Shown in pieces: positions 23,916 to 34,174 of a DNA stretch of 64,000 nt. Positions within the stretch are counted from its first letter, which is position 1, and the number at the start of each line of letters is the position of its first letter. Made by a program: the position numbers and the translations under genes. The notes beneath the pieces were generated by a model. That model saw only the letters and a list, made by a program, of their open reading frames with translations. It was not told the DNA's origin and ran no database searches. Source of the DNA: Pelomyxa schiedti (taxonomy: Eukaryota > Protista > Evosea). The stretch lies in the NCBI GenBank assembly GCA_020536535.1, contig JAHLWZ010000179.1:1-64000 (forward strand). Reading direction: 5' to 3'.

Positions 23916-26516
23916 ATGTATACTAGTACCACACAACAAACGCAATTACTACTACAATCTCAACAACAGCAGGCACAGCAACAACAACAATCACGGCGCC
24001 CCCCGATACCAAGCGCCGCTATGGTGCAAATGCAACAACTAACGGCGCATCAGGCACAACCCCAACAGCAACTACAGGCACAGCAGTTACAACCACAACA
24101 CCAACAGCTTCTGCAACAACAGCAGCAACTCATGCTGCAGCAACAGCAACAGCATCAGCAACTTATACAACTGCAGATGCAGCAACATCAACAGCAACCG
24201 CAGAAATTTATGCAACAACAGTTTCAGCAACCCCTTCAACAAGCACAACAGCATCCTGGCCAAATGCAAGCAAGTATGCAACAAAGAGTGCTTCAACGTG
24301 GACAGCCCCAACAATTTTTGAATCCTAATCAAGTTAACCAGATACCTAATTCACCATCGAGTATAACACCAAACATGAATGCAGTCCCCTCACACCAACA
24401 AAATTCAGCAGTTCCCCAGTCTCATTTTCCTGCTCAAGGACAGTTGCACGCAATGTCACTGCAGCAGCCTCCGCAGAATTCGCAACAACAAATTCCTCTG
24501 CAGCTTCAGGCACAACCACAACCCCAAGCGCACATGCCTCCAGTTCAATTACCAACCAGTGTCAATCTTCCCCTGCAGAATTCCTTTACACCCCCTCCAC
24601 AACACCAACAACAGGCACTGCCCCAGTCGAAACTAATGAACCCATACGCGGCCCCGGGATCCGTTGTTCCCGAGTCAGAATTGGCACTGCAACCACTGCG
24701 CTCTTTCACTAAGCCAAAATGGTACAAACCACTATCAGCAGATGAGTGCGAAAAAAGAGCATTTCCAGATCTCTTTTTGGCTCCACAAAATTCGTTAAGT
24801 CGATATGTGGTATACATTAGAAATGCATTACTTTTAAACTCATTCCCTCCCAGAAGATACGGGAACTCATTCTTACATGGTACAAGTACACCCAACAGAT
24901 CACTTACACAAACTGTCGCCGGTCCCTCGTCAGCAAGGGGATAACTGAAGACGCATGTTTGATTCTAAGAATTTACAACTTCTTGGTCCATCATCACTTC
25001 TTTGAAATGTATTTTTATTGTCATAGAACTTCCTTTCTCCTATTTACTTTATCCAGAGCCTCAGCCAGCCCAAGTTCGGCGAATAATGACAGTTCGTTAC
25101 GAGACGCTGTGACTACGGCCGCAAGAGTTCCTTCGTCAGATTCTTCCAACATGAATACCGGCTCGAACCTGGATCTTCACAACACCATGCCAATTAAGCC
25201 TAAATTGTCACAAGTATAGCCGCAACTAACTTTCTAGGACTGACAATTTTGTAGAGGCTATGTGAAAAGTGTGGTGCAGATTGCAGTAAACTCACTAAAA
25301 ATGGATCGATGTTGTGTGATGACTGTGTAGCGCTGGGTGCTGATGGCACGGATCTCAAAAACTCCCTTCCAGAGAATTTGATGGCAGATGCAACAACCAG
25401 CAACACTCCACATTCGGAGCCCCCATGGACAGAGGAAGAAACCTTCAGGTTACTTGAAGGGCTGGAGATTTACAACATGGATTGGGATAAAATTGCAAAA
25501 TACGTGCAGACTAGGACAAAACATCAGTGTGTGGAACACTTGATTCAAATGCCAATAGAAGATCCATATCTTGAAGATAACATCAGCGTTAATACAAACA
25601 AAGGTTTTCTATTTTCATTGAGATACTGTTTCTCAAATTGTCAAGGAACTGTTCCTGGAACTTTTGCTAGTTCTCCCAACCCAGTCATGACCTTAGTTTC
25701 CTTTCTTGCCGCCACAGTATCCCCCGCCGTTGCCGCAGCTGCCGCCACTGCAGCAAGAAATGCTATTCTGGCAGAAAATTCTCGTACTGATACCGAGCTG
25801 CCTTCCACACCAAGTGACAGTCTTGGTTTGCTTTTACTCATCAAGGTGAATTCTAACAGTTACAGACTCTATTTCGCATGAAGAGTGTCAAACTGCTTCA
25901 GCAGCTGCCCTTGCCTGTGCCGCCGAAAAAGCTTCTGTGAGTCTAATCAGTTTTGTTTCTCCCTCTTACTGGCTCAGGAACTTGTAAAAAGTGAGGACAG
26001 AAAAATTCAGAGTTGCGTAATGGAAGTGATTGAGGAACAGATGCACCGTCTCGAACTAAAACTGAACCATTTCCTGGAGCTGGAAAGCAACTTAGAATCT
26101 GAATGGATGAAGGTAGCTACATTTCCCATATATACAAGCTTGTTTACAAGGAATACTAGCTCCAGCAACTCCAAAAACAGCTTCAGCAGCAAATCATCTA
26201 TCAGCAACAAATCACCCATCAACGAATAGACATGAGCCGGCAAGCACCTCAACTACACCAAATGCAATCACCAGCCAATTACCAGTCATTCCCGCAAGGA
26301 ATTCCGTCACAACCAGTGAATCACCCCCACCAGCCCACACCTACCCTGCATCAACAAGTAATGCCTACACAGGCAACACAATTTCCTACCACTCTAGGGC
26401 AGCCTATGTTCCAGCAACTGGCGATACAACAAGCACAACAACAAATTTTGTCACCACAAGCACTCCCTACTCTACAGCCTGGCCAACAAATTCCGCAGCA
26501 GAGACTGGACATATGA
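23916..26516 (+). CDS. SMARCC: SWI3/SMARCC subunit of SWI/SNF (SWIRM, SANT, SWIRM-associated) with Gln-rich termini
   Basis: PKWY...EKRAFPDLF (SWIRM); WTEEETFRLLEGLEIYNMDWDKIAKYVQTRTKHQCVEHLIQMPIEDPYL (SANT); NPVMTLVSFLAATVSPAVAAAAA; EEQMHRLELKLNHFLELE. Confidence 0.92.
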
Positions 26517-26584
26517 CCTAGTCCAATTTTGAAAAAAAAAGATGTAGCAAAAATACATTTTTTTATAAGTTTGTGCTACACTGT

Positions 26585-28886
26585 TCAGGAAAGGAACGCC
26601 ACCAGACCCCCAGTAATGAGGGTATGTTGCCAATCCTTGATGGCTTTCTTGAATGAAGTGACACCAATGTTCAGTAATTCACGGAGAGATGCTCTTGCAT
26701 CGGCTTCTGTTTTCGTAAGATAGAAAGCGTCATGCAAACAGAGATTGATAGCGTTTTCATCTAACATCTGAGGCGATTGTTGGTGGGGCTGTGTGTCGTC
26801 TTGTGGGAGATAATACCTTGTCAAAAAGTAGGCAGCACAGGTACGTGATTAAACTACTACAACGTCGTAGAATTGTGAAGGCCTCTTCACATAAACCAAG
26901 AAACCTGGAGGTGTGAGATGTTTTTTTTTTTTTGCCTATGTTAGAAAATACCTCTCCCAAGCACCTGCGGTCTCAAGTTTTTCCCGCAACTCAACCGGGA
27001 ATGCAAACCTATTGGCATCTATCCACGGTTTTGTGTTGAAGATGTATCTGATGTAAGTCAAGAGGAAGGAAAGAAAGAAACTTATTACTTACCCAAAATC
27101 AATGTGGAAGAAGGTACTTGTGGTATTTACAAACATCATATTATCTTGGTGTCTATCTCTCACACCTAAAATATAGCTGTAATGTGTAAGAAAAACCAGA
27201 ATTTCTAATTCGAAGGGGAAGATACGCGGCAACATATCCTCCAGTTGCTGAAGAAAGAAGCTCATCGATTTGTGTCTGGCTGCGTGGATCAATGGAATGC
27301 CAGTTGAACTTGGTGAGTGGAACAGCATTTTCCACAAACTCGATGGCACCAATTGTCTCATTCATTGGTGTGACAATATAGGTAAAGGCACGAGGTTTAA
27401 GTTGCATGGAGCTTGATTCCCATATTACATTAAATATCCCGAACATTACTTGCACCTGCACGAATTAGTCACTATAAGTCTCAAGTCAGTACGTTTTACC
27501 ATCATATCCACTCGTAGGTCATCCCCCTTTTTAAGAATAAATCGTTTTGGGGGAGCACCATTGAATTTAATCTCCATTAAACTGGGCCGCGCATGTGAAT
27601 TGAACACTTTCACAACTGTTTGTCGGTTAGTGAAGATAGTGACCTAGGGTGAAACCTTCAATTTGAGTGACTTGAGTGCTTTGCCCAAAAAGAGGGTCGT
27701 ACTTCACACCGTGCCATAATTGTTGGTTTGGGGGAGGTTGTGCCTGAGGTTGTTGTGGCCGGGCTGGCTGTGGTGGAGTGGGATTGGACTTTGGTACATG
27801 GAGAACATGAGCTTGAAGCTGTTGCTGCAACTGCTGTTGCTGAAGTTGCAAAGGCTGAGCATTTGTTTGCCGAGGAACTAATATCTGTGGTGGCAGAGGC
27901 TGCGGTGGCAACGGCTGAGGTGGGACCTGTGTGGTAATGGCAGGAAGGGAAGGAGGAGGGGGACGAAGTTGTGGCGTGTGAGGTGGACTCCCTGGAGACG
28001 GGGGAACTTGGGGAAATGCGGAATTTTGAATCTGTTGTAAGTGTTGTGACCACATGTCCTGCCTGAAAGAGTTGATGAAGTGAACAGAAGGCGCGGTTGT
28101 GTTTGTGTTGGTGTTGGCGGGATCCAAGGGAGTCTGTGGAGGAGATGGTAGTACGGTGTTCGATACAAACGCGGAAGAGTCAAAGTGAGAGCAAGCAGCT
28201 TCCATGCTCGAGAAAAAGTCATCAGGAGCCGATTTCACACTCAGTGGTTGGTCCTGCCCGGTCTTTTTCCTGGAACCAGAGGACTTGGCACCACAACTGC
28301 ACGCGCAATTGCACCTGCAGCAGCTGCACCCACAATTGCAAGAACAACACCGCAGCGGCGACCTACACACAACGGGTGGGCGAGGAGGCTGCGGAGGCTG
28401 GGGCAGCAGCCCCGCCGCCTCTGGCGACAAAAACCCACACTTGAACATCCAGAAGGCAAAATGAGCCAGGCACGGCAACGGGGCTGTAAATGTCGTGGCA
28501 GAGGTGCCGCCGCCCCGCTCCCCAGTCTCGCACGGCGACGAGGAGGAAGAAGACAGGAAGGGCGAGGAGGCGAGCAGGGGGGAGCGCCACACGGCCCGGC
28601 AGATCTGGGAGTCCCACTCGGAGCGGACGCAGGGGAGCTGGGAGTGCTGGGCCAGGCGCGCGACGATGGGCAGCAGAAGCTTTACGTGCTCGACACAGCA
28701 GGGGGAGCCGAATGCCAGGTCGCAGGTCGCCGCGGCGTCGGCGGCGTCCAAGGACCCTGGGGAAAGCGCCACGATGCACTGCAGCACACGCAGCACCCCC
28801 TGCGCGTGGTGCCGCCGCCGCTGCTGGCGTTCCCTGAATAGGCTTATGGTACTCTCCGCGGGCGTCATTGTGGCACCGCAACTCAT
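26585..28886 (-). CDS. Divergent phosphoinositide 3/4-kinase family protein
   Basis: VFNSHARPSL...FILKKGDDLRVDMMVQ...YILGVRDRHQDNMM...FFHIDFGYIF...EEAFTILRR; N-terminal LAHFAFWMFKC resembles the end of the PIK helical domain. Confidence 0.82.
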
Positions 28887-29057
28887 CGATCCCGGTTACA
28901 ATTCTCGAAAGGTATGCCCGTCAATCAAACTTTAGTTCAAGAAGGGCATTTTAGAATCAAATTAAGAGTGCAAGATTGCCACAGATGTCAAAAAGCACAA
29001 AGACCAACAGAAGAAGAATGTCTCGGGTCAGGCCCAGATTACCAATTTGTTGGAGAA

Positions 29058-29236
29058 GTTCTGTCTGTGTTGCTTGGAGCATTGTTGTGGTCTTTCCCAA
29101 ATCTGTTTGTGCTGACTGGAGTGTGGCTTTGGTATTTCCCAAGACTCAGCCCTGGGAAATACCAAAGCCACTCTCCAGTCAACACAAAGAGATTTGGGAA
29201 AGACTCAAGCAACTCTCCAATCAACACAGACAGAAC
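29058..29236. repeat. Imperfect inverted repeat: 84-nt arms, 11-nt loop, 10 mismatches; each arm is two 42-nt units
   Basis: 29058-29141 is the reverse complement of 29153-29236 (manual alignment). Confidence 0.92.
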
Positions 29237-31367
29237 CAGGAGTGGGGATGGTCTAGCAATGCCAAAGACTGCAGTAATTCCAGCTTGTGCAACAATGCGA
29301 AGTTCCTTTCTACTGCTACATAAACTTCACTGTCGTCAGAGCTGACGGAGCCTCCTTCGTGTAGTTGGAGAGTCTGTCGCCACACAAAATCTTCAGGAAA
29401 GCTAAGCCAGTGAAAAATAAAACACAGAGACTGGATATCGCAGGCTGGGTCTCGGAGTAATCCAAGATGCTGGAATACTGAGGCCCATGTAGAGTTGCCT
29501 CGGAACGATGTAGGGTGTGTGAGGTTGCGGTTTGTGGGGTCCACTCCTTGGGTGGAACTACTTAGGTTTTCAGCAAGGTCGAAATCCACTATTTTACAGG
29601 CAATGAAGTATCGACTGGCACGAAGATGTGTTGTGGCTTTAAATCCAGAATGAGAATGCCTGAGCGATTGAGTGCCGATACGGCAGCAACTACACGTGAT
29701 GAGCAGCTAGGATCAGTCACATTTCACTGCTTAGACAGGTATCACCAACGCTCTGCACTAGGAGCATTTTGCGTGATGATGAGGAGTCGAGGAACTGACC
29801 AATAATGACGCATGAGGAAATATGCTGGGCAGCCTCCCGTGATGCCATAGCCACCTTGTACGCGTCTTGCTCCCTTGAACACCACTCCTTGACAAAAAAC
29901 TTTGATGAAGAACCGTCTATCGTGTTAGACGAACTCTGGGCATTAATACTCGAATCTGAGAATGGTAGCGTCGCGTCACATCTAGTCACTTTGGTAACGT
30001 TGTAAACCCCGCAAAACCTGTGGCCACTAGACGGGCCTTTAGAGTCGCGCAGCAGATGCAATGTGTCCCCCTTAAGAATCGGTGTCGGGTGCGCCCACGG
30101 GTTGAGGATCGTTTCCTGCACTGAGAAAGGCCTTGTCATGCTGTGACTTCGTCTTTTTTTTTTTTTTTTTTTGATTATTACTAATGCCAAATGTCAACCT
30201 CAATTACATGTAATGAGTATCAGGATCTGATGATTGAGTGAGGTTTTGAATCACCCACGAAAACACAAGGAGACATATCGGTAACCACTGTGCTCCAGGC
30301 AGGGGCCGCTGTTGGACCCCAGATGGCACTTGCGGGGTTGCAGTGTCTCTTTGGCCGTTGTCATCGAGCCTATTGGAGCGAGTGTACTTGGTTCTTGTGG
30401 CTGACAATGTTGGTGCGCTTCGTTTTGTCCACTCAATCATTTCAGCTTCGTTGACGGGACTGGATGTTCCGGGCTGTTTGTGAAAGTGCAGAAATAGAGC
30501 ACTGCAGGAGAGGGCCAGCAGCCCAGTCAGTCCCACAATAACATGGGCTATCAGGGGCAGATTGCCGCTTTGCCCAAACCGAACTTCCATCACCCTCGAG
30601 GTGAAAACAGTGCAACAGTAGGAGAAGATAGCGACGCTGGACGTCAAAATCGTGCCCGTGGAATGTGACAACACAGTAATAACCAGTGCCACAACAAACT
30701 CCGTAGCTGTGGCTACAGGCGCAGCGCACAGAGCAAGCGAGTAGAAAGCCGAGATAGTAGTTACTGCAGCAACCGCACCAAATCGGCTATAATACACGTG
30801 ATAGCAGTATCCTCTGAACACCACCTCCATCAGAAACACCCTCGCCCCAATACTAGCCGGAATTATTGCCGCGCTCAGCACGAAGAAGTACAAAACCCTC
30901 AGCGGCGACGCACCAGCCCCCCCATCCTCACTCTCCCCAGCCTCCTCCTCAGACAAGAAAATAGCCACCCCAGCACCCACGACTAGGCCCAGGGCCACAC
31001 CCAACACAACCGATGCAGCCATGTGCCCGGCGCCGGGCCACCGCAGCCTCAGCACTCGGTGGTAGTCCCCGCACCTGTCAGATAGGGCGAAGCAGACGCA
31101 CAGGGACCCCACGGAGAAGCACGCGGCCGTCTCGCCCACCACGGCGAGGCAGGACCAGCCCAGCCACGCTCCCGCCCACCACGACGCGACCGTGGCGGCG
31201 GGCAAGATCCCCACTAGCAGGTTGGCGCGGCCGACACCCCCGCACCTGCCAGCACCCCCCGCCTCGGCCGTGTCTCGCAACCAACCACTCCTCTCATTGT
31301 CACTGACGACGTCGTCTGTATCTCGCTCAGTTATTGAAGCGGCTGCCGCAAACGATCCGTCTTCCAT
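29221..31367 (-). CDS. CPBP/Abi-like multi-TM domain fused to a degenerate CK1-like kinase domain; two frameshifts, possibly a pseudogene
   Basis: FLMEVVFRGY (degenerate EExxFRG); a phase-2 GT-AG intron joins ORF 30204 to ORF 29717; ILDLKPQHIF, IVDFDLA, FRGNSTWASVFQHLG...DIQSLCFIF. Confidence 0.55.
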
Positions 31368-31707
31368 TTTTTTTTGATTCGGAGCTTTTGCTTGTTGAAC
31401 TGCAAGAACTTTTTTTATTTTACTTTTTCTGATATTCCCGGCGGGGGAAGAGGGATAGAGTGCTAGTGCTGTTTGCTGGGATTTTGTNNNNNNNNNNNNN
31501 NNNNNNNNNNNNNNNNNNNNNNNNNNNNNNNNNNNNNNNNNNNNNNNNNNNNNNNNNNNNNNNNNNNNNNNNNNNNNNNNNNNNNNNTTTTTTTTTGATT
31601 CGGAGCTTTTGCTTGTTGAACTGCAAGAACTTTTTTTATTTTACTTTTTCTGATATTCCCGGCGGGGGAAGAGGGATAGAGTGCTAGTGCTGTTTGCTGG
31701 GATTTTG
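31367..31707 (+). repeat. About 120-bp direct duplication flanking a 100-N gap (31488-31587)
   Basis: 31367-31487 repeated at 31588-31707. Confidence 0.9.
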
Positions 31708-33800
31708 TTGGTAGCGGCTGAATTCATGGCAAATTCCGTCGAGAATGACCTGTGGTGACACTGGGCGGCTGGAATCAACAGTTGCAGAGGCATATACAAG
31801 GCCTGAGTGTGAGGTAATGCCCACTCCAATTGGAGCTGTACCAACTGAGGGGACAAACCCCACTGTGTGCATCACTTTCTTGCCAGCAAAGTAGAACTGT
31901 GTAGGGGGATGAATTATTAGTTTTTATGACTGCGGAGTGAATTCTAACCTGGGAAGTGGGACCAGATATGGTTGTAAAACACAGGCTGAACTTGGAGAAG
32001 TACGCGGACATCAAAAGCTTGAACATTTGAAGAGGAGCTAGGCCAGAGATGTGATGAGCAAGTAAATTCCCCAATGCCTCTCCCTTCTTTTTCTTTTCCA
32101 CGACTCTGTTTGATTGTCACTCCTGGAACATGGGAAGTGGATGAAACACACTTGGCTAGAATCTTATTCTTTGAAGAGAGGTCCTCATTTGAGACTGGCA
32201 GATCAACAAACATGACTCCAATTTGGTTTCCCCAGGCAACTTCCCCAGGCTTTAACTCTGGGCGCAGGTTTCCAGCGAATCCAACACGAACGCTTTTCAC
32301 TGATGCAAGGCTGTTGGGTCTAACTGCTTCAATGGCATCACCAATTCCACGTGTAGTACAGGAAAGAACCTAAGAAATTGTAAGAGTTTTGACTAAGTAA
32401 TTTGAGCTCTACAATTGAGTTGAAAGTTCCACCCCATTGTTTTCCTATTGATTTGATTTCGTCAACAGTACCCAAGTATCTCCAGGCTACATTCTTTCTT
32501 CCTATTTGAAAACTAAGTTCGATTGGTTTTCTGCTGGAGTCATACCAGACAGAGGACCAACTCTCAGCACTGTGTTATCAGGGAGTGCAATAAGTTGCAG
32601 CAATAACTGGAAGAAGACGTATAAAAATGCAGCAATGCTCTTTGGACGTGGTTTAGAGGTTTTGTTGGCAAAGGTAACATCCTCAGCAGAAGCATCCAAT
32701 TTAATGGGGCTTCTAGAAGGAATGAGTATAGTATAGAGAAGCAGTAAAGATATACCCAGGAGGGCAAAACGGATCTTTATCAAAAATTTGTGCAACTTGA
32801 AAAAACCCTATACCATCCACAAGGCAGTGGTGAGCTTTGACTAGAAGTGCCCACCCTACTGGCTTCCCATCTTTCCAGACATAGTTATCAAAAAAGCGAA
32901 CCTTGACGTGGTGAGAGCAAGCTCTTATGAAAGGAGACTTCACTAACCTGCCATAGTGGCTTGGATTCATCCAAATGTGAAGAGAGAGCTTCGGCAACAC
33001 TGTCATTGAAGTGTTCTTCATTAGGACCGTCTAGGGAACAATTAATAAGCCAACGCAACTCTAAGTCCCTACCGAAACGTTCATAGGAAAGGTGATAATC
33101 CATGTCAATTTCATTTGGCTTCTGGAAAAAAGGCATGGCGGATCGTCTTGAATGTAGTACATGACTGAATCTAAGGATATTTTCGTTAGGAGTATTGGAG
33201 TCAGAACTACGAAACAAAACCTATCATGGGAAAGAATTCTGGCCCTAAGGACTAACTCCACATCTTCTTTGCTAACGCTTCCCTCGCCAAAGACAATACC
33301 CTAGAGTATAGTCAAAAACTTACTAGCACCTCCAACCCCGAAATAGGGACTACATACTGCCACCAGTGGAGGATTGGACTTGTATTTTCCCAAGTTGTAC
33401 CATACATTATCAGGCAGGCCGAGAAAGTCCGCTCCTCTTGGTACTCTAGATTTTGAACCATTAGTTCCATCTATTTAAACAGTAGAAGGAAGGAGCGAGG
33501 GACATACTTTTTCCACCACCAACAACAGAGTACCAGAGCAATAGGGAGAGCCCAGTAAGGCAACACAGCAGCCATCACAGCCCACCACAATGGACTGGGC
33601 CTCCCACACACCCCCCCACTCACTCGATACACCATCGCGCACCATACCACCCTCACCACTGCCTCTCTCGCCCACCCCCACCCCTCGTCTCCCATCATTG
33701 CAATTGCCGGCAACGATGAGTCATCATAGGGCGACGGCGAGGTGCTGTATAGTCCCATGGCTGGAAGGCCATCGGTTCCACTGTTGAAATGTAAGCTCAT
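31684..33800 (-). CDS. Wax ester synthase/diacylglycerol acyltransferase (WS/DGAT) with N-terminal membrane segment
   Basis: HLDESKPLWQV...LLVKAHHCLVDGIG (HHxxxDG), NLRP...WGNQIGVMFVDLPVS, GVGITSHSG; hydrophobic first exon splices in frame to FLGLPDNVWY. Confidence 0.85.
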
Positions 33801-34174
33801 ACTGCTAGGTGTAGTAATAAATATGTTATTATGTAAAATAAAGCAAATTGCACTGTTCTTGTGTGCCTGGGGTCTTCTGTTGATACTTTTCAACGAAACA
33901 CCAGAGGAGAAAGAACAGTTTTTCTCTCTTGCGTTATCCAGAGAAATCAACAAGAGGCCTGGGCCAAAAAAAGAACACTCAGAGATGAAAGCAGTCAGTC
34001 GAGGTGCTCCTCGTCCTTTGTTCGATCCAAAAATTCTCATCAGGACAAAATGCACGAGCGTGTATCTCAATGTCGACCTCGAGTGGTTGTAAAAAGAAAA
34101 CTATGGGATTGTTTGGAACCAAGGATTTTATTGTTTCTTCTTGACAGTGAGAGTGCCTGAGGTGTGGTAGGAGG

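Noticed and set aside
24810-24853. SWI3 intron whose in-frame reading (VYIRNALL) mimics the SWIRM helix
   Set aside because: 44 nt, frame-breaking, and no clear nucleotide similarity to the next exon; probably coincidence
28097-28935. Stacked overlapping and antisense ORFs (also 36150-36900, 59450-60330, 61860-62590)
   Set aside because: Expected by-product of GC-rich low-complexity exons with few stop codons
26585-31367. One giant CPBP-CK1-PI3K fusion gene
   Set aside because: An in-frame TAA lies four codons upstream of the PI3K-like ATG (28886) and there is no convincing acceptor; treated as two loci
33471-34070. Separate membrane ORF with its stop abutting a downstream ATG (translational coupling)
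   Set aside because: The TAG-ATG lies inside an intron; the ORF is exon 1 of WS/DGAT
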